Positions 1 to 10,733 of a DNA stretch of 64,000 nucleotides are shown piece after piece (the stretch's first letter is position 1; every line of letters starts with the position of its first letter). The notes beneath the pieces are model-generated. The model saw only the letters and a list, made by a program, of their open reading frames with translations. It did not search any database and was not told the origin of the DNA. The DNA is from an uncultured bacterium (GTDB taxonomy: Bacteria; Auribacterota; Auribacteria; Auribacterales; Auribacteraceae): NCBI GenBank assembly GCA_964451165.1, contig CAYVGJ010000005.1, forward strand, positions 85,695 to 149,694. The letters are read 5' to 3'. The position numbers were made by a program, and so were the translations under genes.

Positions 1-3000
1 ACCGAACTGGACAGCCTGTTTATCTCAGCAATGATGAACAAGCAGGGCGGATTTATATCTGAAAGCCAGCATAATTACTTGACACGCAGAATAAAGAATA
101 CGCCTGTATCTACACTCTCAGATGGACTCAGGGATTTACCCGCACAAGAACTGGCTCAAGTTTTGCCATCTGTTTCGTTTGCTGATATTGCAAATGCAGC
201 GAGAATATTTAATCTTAGACAAGACGCTTCTTACAAAACAACAGATAATTTCACTTTCCAGAGATTCGTACGTGATATCAAACAAAAAGCATTATTCCCT
301 CAGAATATTATGCCTCAATTAATAAAAGATCCTGCAGGAAAAGATGATTTTATCTACAGTCTCAATGAAGCGGCAAAAGGTATATCTACTCTGCATATCG
401 CCGAATCCGTGCTTAACACACTCAAAAATACGCAATTAACTAATGAAGTAGAAATCCTTGGGGATTTGAAAAACCAATCTTTTATAAAAACCAACATGAT
501 TTCAAACGATTATTTAAAAAGAGTTCTAACGGTTTTATATACACTGGTCAAAGACCAAAAGAATTTTCATATTCGCGCTGAAGTTATCGCTCCACAAAAA
601 GAAGCGATCCTAACAGATCCCAACCAAAAGGTAAACCCCGAAAATCAATCCGTATTAGTTCGTAGATTAACAACACAGCAGTTCCAAGCATATATCGAAG
701 AAATAAAACGTGATAATCCATATATAGATTTCGGTGACCCACGCGGTATCGCCAATCCAATTACAGGAGAAATAGTCATTAATAAAGACCACCCGGCACA
801 TAAAGACAAAAATGGTATCGTCAATGTAGCTGAAATTCGACAGACACTTATCCATGAAAAATCTCATATGCTGATTTTCGCCAACTGGAATTTACTTACA
901 CAAATCGCTAATGACTTAAAAGGAAAAGAATATGAAAAAGATGAAATATTAAAATTATTCTACGAATTCTATTTCGATGAAAAAATCGAAAAGATTTCAC
1001 GCGAGCATAAAGACCGCCTGAAAGTAGATCCTCTTTGGAGCGAAAACGGCGAAATCTCATATGAAAGAATTTTAAGCGAACTTCTCGCCATCATAAACCA
1101 ATATCAGATGCTCCCATCCATAATGAAACGTCTTTCCTCTGTTCAGACAAAATTCATTATCAGGAACAAAGCTGTACCGGATACTATAAAACTTGCTGTT
1201 GAGCATTTGACAGAAATGTTTAAGAATAAAAGGACACTAATCGCATCAACAGTTACAGCACGCACAAAACTTAAGGCAATAGATCCACGGATATCGCAAA
1301 ACTTCATTTTTAATGCTGTTCAGCTGAAAACTCCACTCAATATGATCGATATAGAAAGAAACTCTCTTCCTCTGCCAAGTACACCCATAAAAACCGTCTT
1401 CAGTTTCGACGAATTGGAATCCAAAGTCACGGCTATGTGGGAACAATTAGGCAATGGCGACATAAACACTGGTAAAAGCAAAACAATATTAACAGCATTT
1501 CAAATTAATGAATTTACCGCCACAATCGACAAACTAAAACAAATATCATCAAAATCCGATTCTGAAACCCAGGATAAATTGAATAAAATAATTGAGTTCT
1601 GGACCAATTCTCTTGATGAAAATAGAATTCACATTTACCCGACATCGCCTGAAAGCTACACAATTACCGGAACTCATTTTATTCATACGACCAAAAATAA
1701 AGATATAATTTTACCGTCAGGATTCTATAATTACCTCAAGAATAAAGAATATCTCGCTAATGCTCTTGTTATGCTCGGCGCAAAAGAATTATCTATTAAT
1801 ACAGATGGATTTATAAATCTTTTTGGTGGCGATTCAATCGCCAAAATTGAGGAAAATCTCTATAACCAATACCTGAAAAATAGAGATTATCTACCTGTTA
1901 TAGAAGCAATTTTAAAACTATACGGCATTACCATAAATGAACTTTCCCAGAATGCGTTACTTGAAATTGTTGACAAATATGAGGATATATTAAAAATACC
2001 CGGTGCGGCACAACATCTTCAGAAAGTCAAAGATATCATTACAAACAATACTATTTTGGATTATAAACAATCCCCCATAGCAGAAGCATTTGAAATTTAT
2101 GCATCCGCATCACTATCACCAAACGAAGTGAATACATTGAAAAATACAGCTATTGAAATAAGTGCGCTTATATCGAGAGAAACATCTCCTCCTGTTATTT
2201 TTTTAATCGACAGTAATGCAATATCAGGGCCTGTTTCTCCTCAGAATTTTGCCATCCGTGAAACACTTGGAAGAATAAGGAACGAAATCGAATCTATCGG
2301 GCAAAGAAACACTATCATTATTGCCGTTGATTTGAATGGAAAAACAGCCGGAGAAATACGCACTAATCTGGATTCCAGTTTATTGCGTAAAGGCGGTTCA
2401 TCCGATGATTTCGATTATGTTGCTTCTTTCAAATCGTCGGTCGAACTTATGAACGCTCTCAAAGAAGAGTATCCGAACTTCACTGAGAATATTTTGAAAG
2501 CAAATATAAAAGTACTCGCTGTTGAAAATGACCTTCTTATAGATCTCGCTAAAGAAAATGGAATTCAATACAGGGAAATAAATGAGAGTTATTCCGCAAC
2601 AAAAGTTGCCGGAGGTGAAGGTCTTTTCCTTATAGATTACCTGCGGTCTCTTGGATTAAACAATTTTTTAACCGCCGATGACAAATCCGATATGGCTGTT
2701 GAATTAAGAAACTCCATTTATGTCATGGATATCCCGGACACAATAGATTTAACCGGCATACCTGAAACATTGAAACCGCTGATCGGTAAATTTGTAGAAA
2801 AAGTCAAATCGGCAAAATCCGATTCCTCATTCACACATATCCGCGACAATTTTATTGCCGAACAAAAGATTGAAACATCCGATATTGATTTTCTCAATCC
2901 ATTATTTGAAGAACAATTTCAACTAACAAAAATAAATATGTTATTTGATACATTATATTCTGAAAAAAATGACAATATCGATATGATTATTAATATATTT

Positions 3001-3438
3001 CAAAAACTTCAGCAAGCTTTCGCAGAAAACGATTCTCCTCAGTTTCAAAACGTTGTAGAAAAATTTTATATTAAGCTCAACGACAAGGAATCAGACTTTC
3101 TATATGAACATAATAAAGTGATCAATGAACTTATCCGCGAAGGTAAAGCATCCGAATCAATTTCGCAAAATGATCTGGCGACATTATATATATCAAAACT
3201 GATAAATCGTGACAATCTTTCAGAATCGGAACTATTTTCTGTCGAAAGCAGGATAATTAAAGGACTTAGCCATAATCCTATCCAATTTGGTAAACTAATG
3301 GATAGAATCGATCAGGCAGATATTGCCATTTCACCACAAATTAATAGATACTTTATTGTTGATACAGCTCCAAGAAAAATTCAGAAAGAATTGCGAACAC
3401 TCATAACAACACAAAAGCTGTTTGATGAATCCGCATAA
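1..3438 (+). CDS. Large hypothetical protein (at least 1135 aa) with a single HExxH zincin-like motif. The reading frame is open upstream of the ATG at 31, so the gene may be 5'-truncated by the window edge.
   Basis: Long ORF 31..3438. In-frame codons 1-30 contain no stop. The motif 'LIHEKSHML' (HExxH) lies at nt 853-867. No signal peptide or TM helix evident. Shares a C-terminal module with the giant ORF at 57696..64000. Confidence 0.6.
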   Translation, partial: TELDSLFISAMMNKQGGFISESQHNYLTRRIKNTPVSTLSDGLRDLPAQELAQVLPSVSFADIANAARIFNLRQDASYKTTDNFTFQRFVRDIKQKALFPQNIMPQLIKDPAGKDDFIYSLNEAAKGISTLHIAESVLNTLKNTQLTNEVEILGDLKNQSFIKTNMISNDYLKRVLTVLYTLVKDQKNFHIRAEVIAPQKEAILTDPNQKVNPENQSVLVRRLTTQQFQAYIEEIKRDNPYIDFGDPRGIANPITGEIVINKDHPAHKDKNGIVNVAEIRQTLIHEKSHMLIFANWNLLTQIANDLKGKEYEKDEILKLFYEFYFDEKIEKISREHKDRLKVDPLWSENGEISYERILSELLAIINQYQMLPSIMKRLSSVQTKFIIRNKAVPDTIKLAVEHLTEMFKNKRTLIASTVTARTKLKAIDPRISQNFIFNAVQLKTPLNMIDIERNSLPLPSTPIKTVFSFDELESKVTAMWEQLGNGDINTGKSKTILTAFQINEFTATIDKLKQISSKSDSETQDKLNKIIEFWTNSLDENRIHIYPTSPESYTITGTHFIHTTKNKDIILPSGFYNYLKNKEYLANALVMLGAKELSINTDGFINLFGGDSIAKIEENLYNQYLKNRDYLPVIEAILKLYGITINELSQNALLEIVDKYEDILKIPGAAQHLQKVKDIITNNTILDYKQSPIAEAFEIYASASLSPNEVNTLKNTAIEISALISRETSPPVIFLIDSNAISGPVSPQNFAIRETLGRIRNEIESIGQRNTIIIAVDLNGKTAGEIRTNLDSSLLRKGGSSDDFDYVASFKSSVELMNALKEEYPNFTENILKANIKVLAVENDLLIDLAKENGIQYREINESYSATKVAGGEGLFLIDYLRSLGLNNFLTADDKSDMAVELRNSIYVMDIPDTIDLTGIPETLKPLIGKFVEKVKSAKSDSSFTHIRDNFIAEQKIETSDIDFLNPLFEEQFQLTKINMLFDTLYSEKNDNIDMIINIFQKLQQAFAENDSPQFQNVVEKFYIKLNDKESDFLYEHNKVINELIREGKASESISQNDLATLYISKLINRDNLSESELFSVESRIIKGLSHNPIQFGKLMDRIDQADIAISPQINRYFIVDTAPRKIQKELRTLITTQKLFDESA

Positions 3439-4149
3439 TTATTTTACAAGTTTTCTAAGTTCGGTCAAGAATCCTATAATTGTGTTAGCTTCGGATTGAG
3501 TTAGTTGCCGTTTATCTAAAATTTTCCTGATAGAATTTGCCCAGCTTTGATGGCCTTTAGCGATTGTAATTTTAATTTCATTAAACGTATCTTCCATATA
3601 AGAATATAAATACGCATTTTCCGCAATGGAAACCATCTTAAATCCATCTTCACCCTTTTCATTGGAACCCAAATAAGTGAACAATTCATAAAGGACAATC
3701 ATCACAGCCTGCGCGAGATTTATTGACGGGAATAATTCCGAAGCTGGAATTTTAACCCACATCTGGCATAGCTCAAGTTCCGCATTCGATAACCCCGTAT
3801 CTTCAGCACCAAAGATAACAGCTAGTTTCTGATTTTTTAAAATGTCTGAAATCGATGGAATTATATCGCTTAGAACAACGCATTTATCCATGTTTTTTCT
3901 TTTTCGAGTAGTAAATCCAATTGAATAAGCGGTACTTTCTATCGCTTCACTTAAATTGTTGTAAACACACATCGAATGAAGTATATCATCTGCATGTACA
4001 GCATATAGCTTCAGTTCTTTCGGGTCATATGGAGAGGGATTAACCAATTTCAGGCTTGTAAATCCCATATTTTTTATCGCGCGGGCAACAAAACCAATGT
4101 TCTGGGGATATTTTGTTGAAACTAAAATAACTTCAAGATTTGAATACAT
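3439..4149 (-). CDS. trmJ: SpoU/TrmH-family RNA 2'-O-methyltransferase, TrmJ-like
   Basis: 236 aa. N-terminal 'ILVSTKYPQNIGFVARAIKNMGF' matches the SPOUT class-IV methyltransferase glycine-rich motif. Length is typical of TrmJ. Confidence 0.6.
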   Translation of the reverse strand: MYSNLEVILVSTKYPQNIGFVARAIKNMGFTSLKLVNPSPYDPKELKLYAVHADDILHSMCVYNNLSEAIESTAYSIGFTTRKRKNMDKCVVLSDIIPSISDILKNQKLAVIFGAEDTGLSNAELELCQMWVKIPASELFPSINLAQAVMIVLYELFTYLGSNEKGEDGFKMVSIAENAYLYSYMEDTFNEIKITIAKGHQSWANSIRKILDKRQLTQSEANTIIGFLTELRKLVK

Positions 4150-4743
4150 CTATATCGCGATATTTTTATTTATTGATTCGTTAATTGCCTTTAAAATATC
4201 GTCTTTCCCTGAAGCTGATATGGCTGAGAAGAGAACGCAGTCATTTTCCTGTAGATTAAACATTTTCATCACCTTCATACGCATATTGATTGCTTTGTTT
4301 CTTGAAACTTTGTCGGATTTAGTCAGAACGATAAGCAAAGGTAGATGATAACTGGTTGCCCACTCGAAAAAAACAATATCTTTTTCCGTAGGGTCATGGC
4401 GGACATCGATTATAAAAATTATTTTTCGAATATTTATCGCATCTTTAAAATATGTTTCTATAAGTTTTCGCCATTCTTCCTGCATATTTTTGGATATTTT
4501 CGCATATCCGTAACCGGGAAGATCAACAAAATAAAACGATCCATTAACAATATAATAGTTTATTGATTGGGTTACACCGGGAGTAGCGCCAACCCTGATT
4601 AATTTCTTCTGATTAGTTAATGTCCTGATCAGTGACGATTTACCCACATTCGACCTGCCTGCAAAAACTACTTGAGGTAAATCATAACAGAAATGATCGG
4701 GATGTTTGGCTATTTTATGGAGCTGTATGGATTTAATCTTCAT
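4150..4743 (-). CDS. engB: Ribosome-biogenesis GTP-binding protein EngB/YsxC
   Basis: G1 motif 'GRSNVGKSS', 'DLPGYGYAK' and 'TKSDK' (G4). The track ORF runs to 4812, but the start is more plausibly the internal Met 'MKIKSI' (about 4743), giving an EngB-sized product of roughly 197 aa. Confidence 0.85.
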   Translation of the reverse strand: MKIKSIQLHKIAKHPDHFCYDLPQVVFAGRSNVGKSSLIRTLTNQKKLIRVGATPGVTQSINYYIVNGSFYFVDLPGYGYAKISKNMQEEWRKLIETYFKDAINIRKIIFIIDVRHDPTEKDIVFFEWATSYHLPLLIVLTKSDKVSRNKAINMRMKVMKMFNLQENDCVLFSAISASGKDDILKAINESINKNIAI

Positions 4744-4748
4744 ATTAA

Positions 4749-5819
4749 TCAATAAGATGTTATCACATCTTCCAATCCGAACAATTTTATCAGTAATGCC
4801 GCTCTTATCCACATACCGTTTCTCTCTTGTCTCCAGTACATTGCCCGGTGATCGTTATCGATACGTACATCTATTTCATTTCTCCGAGGAAGAGGATGCA
4901 TTATTATTGCCGATTCTTTCAGAGATTTCAGATGCCTTTCATGCAGATGATATTTATTGAAATCTACGTTCTTTGATTCGCCGTTGACATCATGTTCATC
5001 CTGAATACGAGTCATATAAACCGCATCAACAACAGGTAGGACAGATTCAAGATCATCGCATTCGTAATATGAAATATTCTTTTTATCAAGAAATAATTTA
5101 ATATCGTCTTTCATTTTAAATTGTGGAGGCGCGACATAATAAATCTTAACATCAGAAAAGTTGCCGAGCAAATAACTCAATGACCGCACAGTTCGTCCTC
5201 TGGCAAGATCACCAACCATGGCAATTGATTTTCCGTCAATACCTCCGGTAGCTTCGAAAGATCTCTGAAGCGTATATATATCCAGTAACGCCTGAGTCGG
5301 ATGCTGGTCTTTGCCTGACCCGGCGTTAACTATAGGAACAGGGCGGTCGGAATTATTTAAAACCCATGCCGCTCTTTCTGCAAACCCTTCCTGTGGATGA
5401 CGCATAATTATCACATCCACATAACTTGAAAAAGTCCGTATGGTATCTTCAGGTGTTTCACCTTTAACCTCTGACGATGTAGATGGATCCCTCACTTCGG
5501 ATAATTTTATGCCCAAAATATGGCATGCATTCATAAAAGATAGAAACGTACGGGTAGAAGGTTGAATAAAATATAGCATTGCCCTCTTATGTGAAAGCAA
5601 TGTTTGAAGCCAATCCATACCACCTTTTTGTTTTGCTATTTTGCGGATAGAATTTGCGATATTATAAAACGCATCCAGCAAAGCACGATCAAACTGTTGC
5701 GATATCAAAACATCGAATATCCGCCCGTTTTTACTGAAGAATTCCACCTTCTTTTCGGTATTAAACGTCAGAAGTTCTTCCCACTCAATTCTTTCGGATT
5801 TAATTTCAATAGCACCCAT
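4749..5819 (-). CDS. pyrB: Aspartate carbamoyltransferase catalytic chain-like (PyrB family)
   Basis: Carbamoyl-phosphate-binding 'STRT' motif, 'MRHP', 'HPTQ' and a C-terminal 'HPLPRRNEI' (ATCase-type HPLP rather than the OTCase HCLP). About 30 aa N-terminal extension. No pyrI nearby. Confidence 0.7.
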   Translation of the reverse strand: MGAIEIKSERIEWEELLTFNTEKKVEFFSKNGRIFDVLISQQFDRALLDAFYNIANSIRKIAKQKGGMDWLQTLLSHKRAMLYFIQPSTRTFLSFMNACHILGIKLSEVRDPSTSSEVKGETPEDTIRTFSSYVDVIIMRHPQEGFAERAAWVLNNSDRPVPIVNAGSGKDQHPTQALLDIYTLQRSFEATGGIDGKSIAMVGDLARGRTVRSLSYLLGNFSDVKIYYVAPPQFKMKDDIKLFLDKKNISYYECDDLESVLPVVDAVYMTRIQDEHDVNGESKNVDFNKYHLHERHLKSLKESAIIMHPLPRRNEIDVRIDNDHRAMYWRQERNGMWIRAALLIKLFGLEDVITSY

Positions 5820-5864
5820 ATTATTTCTCCATAATAGAGTTAAAATTGCAGGGCAACAAAATAA

Positions 5865-7925
5865 TTAATTAACTTTATCCCCAAAATGTGAAAATTCCAT
5901 ATTAAAAGTGCCTCTTCCCTCAGTAAGAGAACGTAAAGAAGTACTGTAACCGAATAAAGACGATAACGGAGCCAAAGCATGAATACATTTCAGAGTCTCC
6001 ATCGATACTCCCGACGATTCCTCGTAAAACAAGGCTATTTCCTGAACCTGCCCGCCTCTCGAACTTATATCGCCGATTACCGGCCCCATATATTTTTCAG
6101 GAACAACGACTTCTATTTTCATAAACGGCTCCAGCAATTTCGGATCACCTTTTCGAAGCGAATCGCTAAGCCCCATTCTTGCGGCGGCACGAAATCCTAT
6201 TTCGCTAAAATCAGCCTGATTATATTGAATATCCACAAGTTTCACTTTAACGTCAGCAACAGGATAACCGAAAATAACACCGGATTGTGAAGCGTCAAGT
6301 ATTGTTTGTTTTATCCATTCAGGTATAATCGCAGGTATATTCGCGTCTTTATTCAAATGGTCTTCATAGAAAAATCCTGAATTCCTGCTCATCGGTTCCA
6401 ATTCAAGTTTTACACCCGCAAAATGTGGTTTATCACCTATTATCTTATTAAATATTGTCTCATGTACAACTGATTTCGTAATAGTTTCGCGGTAAACAAC
6501 TTGGGGCCTGCCGGTATTTACCGATACGTTGAAATCCTCAAGCAATCTACTGACAATTATTTCAAGATGAAGTTCTCCCATGCCTGAAATTACTTTCTGA
6601 CCTGTATCAGGATCTATTTTATAATGTAATGTAGGATCATCGTTACATATTTTTTCCAGACTATCCAGAAACTTTTCTTCATCAATCTTTCGTTTAGGCT
6701 CAATTGCCAGCGATATTACAGGTTCAGGGAATATTATTTTTTCGAGAATAATTTTCGAGGTTTCGTCACACAATGTATCACCTGTAACAGCAAACCGCAA
6801 TCCGGTAAGAGCCACTATTTCTCCGGGATAAGCCTCATCGACCCTTTCTCTTTTATTCGCGTGCATATGAAATATCCGGGCAACCTTCTCGCTCTTAAGG
6901 CATGTGGAATTAAATACACTCATTCCCTTTATTAATTTCCCCGAATAAACTCTAAAAAACACAAGGCGGGTATCCTTATCGGTTACTACTTTAAAAACAA
7001 GGCCACAAAATGGTTCTTCCAGTTTTGGGTGCCGCTCAATTATCTCATTTGTATCAAGTGTTTCGCCTTCTACTGGAGGAACATCAAGCGGTGAAGGAAG
7101 ATAATCCACAATGGCATCTATAAGCGGCTGTACTCCCTTATTGCGCAATGCCGCACCACATAATACAGGAACTATTTTATTTTTTATCGTGGCTTTTCTT
7201 AAAACCGTTTTTATTTCTTTTTCAGTTATCAGCTCAGAATGAACATATTTTTCAAATAATTTATCATCATGTTCCGCAAGTGACTCTAACATTTTATCAT
7301 GATATATTTTTGCTTCATCTAACATTGATGCGGGTATATCTTCAACTATAACTTCATTTCCTTCGCTTTCTTCGTTATTATACAAAGCTTTCATCCTGAT
7401 TAAATCGATAGATCCTTCGAAAGCATCTTCTTTTCCTATGGGAATCTGAATAGGGACTGGATTCGCGTTCAATCTTATCTGCATTTGCTTCAAACAATTC
7501 TGGAAACTTGCTCCAAGCCTGTCCATTTTATTTACAAAGGCGAGTCGAGGCACTTTATATCTTTCAGCCTGTCTCCATACTGTCTCGGACTGTGGTTCAA
7601 CTCCACCTCTGGCGCAAAATATAACCACTACTCCATCAAGAATCCTTAACGCTCTCTCAACTTCTATTGTAAAATCCACGTGACCGGGAGTATCAATAAT
7701 ATTTATTCGCTTATCGTTCCAATAAACTGTGGTAGCGGCGGAAGTAATGGTTATTCCCCTTTTACGCTCGTCGGGAAGATAATCCATCACTGTAGTTCCT
7801 TCGTCAATTTCGCCTATTTTGTGTATTTTATGGGTATAATACAACACTCGCTCGGTAACAGTAGTTTTACCGGCATCAATGTGGGCAATAAATCCAATAT
7901 TTCTTATTTTTTTAAGGCTTTCCAT
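5865..7925 (-). CDS. Elongation factor G paralog (EF-G2-like translational GTPase)
   Basis: G-domain motifs 'AHIDAGKTT', 'DTPGHVDF' and 'NKMD', with five-domain EF-G length. The likely start is 'MESLKK' at 7925 (internal to the track ORF). Not in an rpsL-rpsG-fusA-tuf context. Confidence 0.8.
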   Translation of the reverse strand: MESLKKIRNIGFIAHIDAGKTTVTERVLYYTHKIHKIGEIDEGTTVMDYLPDERKRGITITSAATTVYWNDKRINIIDTPGHVDFTIEVERALRILDGVVVIFCARGGVEPQSETVWRQAERYKVPRLAFVNKMDRLGASFQNCLKQMQIRLNANPVPIQIPIGKEDAFEGSIDLIRMKALYNNEESEGNEVIVEDIPASMLDEAKIYHDKMLESLAEHDDKLFEKYVHSELITEKEIKTVLRKATIKNKIVPVLCGAALRNKGVQPLIDAIVDYLPSPLDVPPVEGETLDTNEIIERHPKLEEPFCGLVFKVVTDKDTRLVFFRVYSGKLIKGMSVFNSTCLKSEKVARIFHMHANKRERVDEAYPGEIVALTGLRFAVTGDTLCDETSKIILEKIIFPEPVISLAIEPKRKIDEEKFLDSLEKICNDDPTLHYKIDPDTGQKVISGMGELHLEIIVSRLLEDFNVSVNTGRPQVVYRETITKSVVHETIFNKIIGDKPHFAGVKLELEPMSRNSGFFYEDHLNKDANIPAIIPEWIKQTILDASQSGVIFGYPVADVKVKLVDIQYNQADFSEIGFRAAARMGLSDSLRKGDPKLLEPFMKIEVVVPEKYMGPVIGDISSRGGQVQEIALFYEESSGVSMETLKCIHALAPLSSLFGYSTSLRSLTEGRGTFNMEFSHFGDKVN

Positions 7926-8110
7926 CTTACCTGAATTATTTAAATATGAAGTTTGTCGAAGTATAATACCACTCAAACACTTTTTTTTCAATATATTATT
8001 ATTAAAAAGAATTTAAGTGGTATTAAATATGTTTGATGAGAAAAACGCTATAAATCAAATGATAACTTATCGAAATTATTTATTTTGTGCTGATTTATAT
8101 TATTTATGAA

Positions 8111-8677
8111 TTATGCAGCAATATCATTTTCCGATATCGACAATTTCGCGCAATTTACAAGAGAAACCGAACTCTCTCTATGCGCTTTTCTGACACCGAT
8201 TAATACCATTGGAGCCGATAGTACGGCGAAAATATCGGCTATATTTATCGCGTAATTGAGTTCAAAAGAATTGTAGAAAAATGAACTCCCGAACCAGTCA
8301 ATTACATATCCCCTGAAAATAATATCCAGTGCGTTGCCGAACAAAGCTCCGACAAGAAAACCAAGTCCAAGATAAACAAGTTTGCTCTTGAGCTGATGTT
8401 TTATCAGGTAATAAGCAACATAACACCCAATCATAGGTAGAATAAACATTCTCAACAACAGTTGAGAAATATCAAAATAATGCCTGACATTTATAAGAAA
8501 AAAATGAGCTCCAGCCATTTGATATATTTTCTCAAAAAATGTTATTATATAATATTGGTTTACTTCCGGATCACTCAATTGAATTCCTGTGGCAAAATAT
8601 TTTGTTACCTGATCAATACTCAAAGCCGCTATCATCGCTGTTAGGCAAATCCAATGTTTTTTGAGAAATAAAATCAT
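8111..8677 (-). CDS. lspA: Lipoprotein signal peptidase II
   Basis: 188 aa polytopic membrane protein with the LspA conserved boxes ('DQVTK', 'GNALD...RG'). Confidence 0.8.
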   Translation of the reverse strand: MILFLKKHWICLTAMIAALSIDQVTKYFATGIQLSDPEVNQYYIITFFEKIYQMAGAHFFLINVRHYFDISQLLLRMFILPMIGCYVAYYLIKHQLKSKLVYLGLGFLVGALFGNALDIIFRGYVIDWFGSSFFYNSFELNYAINIADIFAVLSAPMVLIGVRKAHRESSVSLVNCAKLSISENDIAA

Positions 8678-8832
8678 ATTATCCGCTCTCCCTTAGGTTT
8701 ATTTTGCTCTTTAACAACATTATAACATATAGATAGATATTATCAAATTTATATTGAAATATTTTTGGATTTTATTCTGATAATATATCTGATAATATTC
8801 TCGAGAACAATTAAATCATATAAGGTGAAAAA

Positions 8833-9372
8833 ATGCATATAAAAGCAGGTAAAACTATCTTTGAAATACTGGAGGCTAATTTCTCAACAATTAAAGCGGA
8901 TTGCCTCATTTTTCCCACAAACAATTATCTTTGGATGGGGAACGAAATCACAACCAATATAAAAAAATTAGCCGGTGGCAAAGTTGAGCAAGAAGCTCTT
9001 CAACAAGCTCCGGCAAATACAGGTACCGCGATAGTAACATCAGGCGGATCACTCCCCTTTGAGTTTCTTATTCACGCTGTTTGCATGGAACAGGACTGTA
9101 AAATCAATGATCTGAATCTGAAACAATCCGTACTTTCATCTTTGAACATAATGGTAGAAAAAAAATGCACAAAAGCGGTTTTGATTCCATTTTTTCTCGC
9201 AAACTCAGGGTTATCTATTTTTAAAACCGCAGAAATAATTATCGATAACTGCATAGATTTTTGTTTATCAGACAAAAACATTGAAAAAATTTCAATTGTC
9301 GATTCTGATCCGCAAACAATTACCGTTTTCACAAATTACATGGCAAACAAATTCAGCATAAAAAAGAAATGA
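8833..9372 (+). CDS. Macro-domain protein (ADP-ribose / O-acetyl-ADP-ribose binding or hydrolase, MacroD/YmdB-like)
   Basis: 179 aa. 'ADCLIFPTN' and a glycine-rich 'TSGGSLPFEFLIHAV' are consistent with the Macro fold. AGGTGA SD precedes the ATG. Confidence 0.65.
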   Translation: MHIKAGKTIFEILEANFSTIKADCLIFPTNNYLWMGNEITTNIKKLAGGKVEQEALQQAPANTGTAIVTSGGSLPFEFLIHAVCMEQDCKINDLNLKQSVLSSLNIMVEKKCTKAVLIPFFLANSGLSIFKTAEIIIDNCIDFCLSDKNIEKISIVDSDPQTITVFTNYMANKFSIKKK

Positions 9373-10056
9373 TCATTGGTATATTGTAGGATCAGGAACA
9401 CCGGCCTCAGAAAAACCTTTTTTTCTAAGTAAACAGCTATCGCATTTTGCACATGCCCTGCCGTATTCATCAGGCTGGTAACAACTTATGGTTAAACTAT
9501 AATCACAGCCCAATTCAATCCCCTTTTTTATTATCTCACTTTTTTTCAGGTTAATCAGCGGTGTGTGTATCTTAAAATTATTTCCTTCAACTCCCGCTTT
9601 TGTCGCAAGATTCGCCATTTTCTCAAATGCCGATATGAATTTCGGCCTGCAATCAGGATATCCGCTGTAATCCAAAGCATTTACACCAATAAATATATCT
9701 TTGGAAGGCAATACCTCAGCCCAGGCAAGAGCATTCGACAGGAAAATAGTGTTACGAGCAGGAACATATGTTACAGGTATATCGGTTTCCATTTCTTTCT
9801 GTGTTCTATTCTCCGGCACATCTATATTTGAAGTAAGAGCCGATTTACCAATGAATTTAAAGATATCAAGATCAAGTATCAGGTGATCTTTAGCACCGAT
9901 CGCCGATACAATTTTTTTTGCATATTCTATTTCCAGTTTATGTCGCTGATTATAAAATACACTCATCGCGTACAATTCAAATCCCTGTGATTTTGCTATC
10001 ACCGCACAAGTATATGAATCAAGCCCTCCACTTAACAACACAATCGCATTACGCAT
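9373..10056 (-). CDS. queC: 7-cyano-7-deazaguanine synthase
   Basis: PP-loop 'LLSGGLDS' and a C-terminal Cys cluster 'CAKCDSC'. 227 aa. Confidence 0.9.
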   Translation of the reverse strand: MRNAIVLLSGGLDSYTCAVIAKSQGFELYAMSVFYNQRHKLEIEYAKKIVSAIGAKDHLILDLDIFKFIGKSALTSNIDVPENRTQKEMETDIPVTYVPARNTIFLSNALAWAEVLPSKDIFIGVNALDYSGYPDCRPKFISAFEKMANLATKAGVEGNNFKIHTPLINLKKSEIIKKGIELGCDYSLTISCYQPDEYGRACAKCDSCLLRKKGFSEAGVPDPTIYQ

Positions 10057-10058
10057 AT

Positions 10059-10706
10059 TTATACACCTTTTCTATCCGGTCCCCAGATAATCTTGTGGAG
10101 CTGAACTTGTAATCGCACATGATTGAGGTTATCCTTCAACATAAGCAATGCCAACTCCTCAAAATCAACTTTTTCCCAAACCGGAGAAAAAATCAGGTTC
10201 GGGTATCCAATCAAATCATTTTTCTCAATAAAATCCTTCGCCCAGTTATAATCATTCAATTCCGCCAGAACAAATTTCAGATTATCTTTATTCTGTATAT
10301 ATTCTAAATTTTTTTTTAGGAAAGACTGTTCTTCACCGCTCCCCGGGCATTTCACATCAATAATAAATACTGCATTACGGTTATATAAGCTGATATCCTG
10401 GGATCCGTTTGTTTCAATCAGAATTTTATAATTTTCATTTATCAAAAGGTCGATCAAATAGCCTATATCAGGCTGTAATAACGGTTCGCCACCGGTAAAC
10501 TCAATTAATTCGCACCCGATTTTTTTTATCTCTTTTATAATTTCATCCGATCGCCAATATTTCCCCTCATCAAAAGCATATTTAGTATCACAATAAATAC
10601 ACCGCAGGTTACAACCGGAAAAACGCACTATCGTACAGGGATAGCCGGCATAATTGGATTCGCCTTGAATAGTGTATATGATTTCATTTATTTTGTATTT
10701 TTTCAC
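10059..10706 (-). CDS. queE: 7-carboxy-7-deazaguanine synthase (radical SAM)
   Basis: '[27 protein letters not shown]' radical-SAM CX14CX2C-type QueE motif. Immediately upstream of queC. Confidence 0.85.
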   Translation of the reverse strand: MKKYKINEIIYTIQGESNYAGYPCTIVRFSGCNLRCIYCDTKYAFDEGKYWRSDEIIKEIKKIGCELIEFTGGEPLLQPDIGYLIDLLINENYKILIETNGSQDISLYNRNAVFIIDVKCPGSGEEQSFLKKNLEYIQNKDNLKFVLAELNDYNWAKDFIEKNDLIGYPNLIFSPVWEKVDFEELALLMLKDNLNHVRLQVQLHKIIWGPDRKGV

Positions 10707-10733
10707 AGATTAAAAACCGGAATATAATTGAGG

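Noticed and set aside
9072-9332. 86-aa minus-strand ORF inside the Macro-domain gene
   Set aside because: Antisense to a gene with a good SD and domain match. No independent support.
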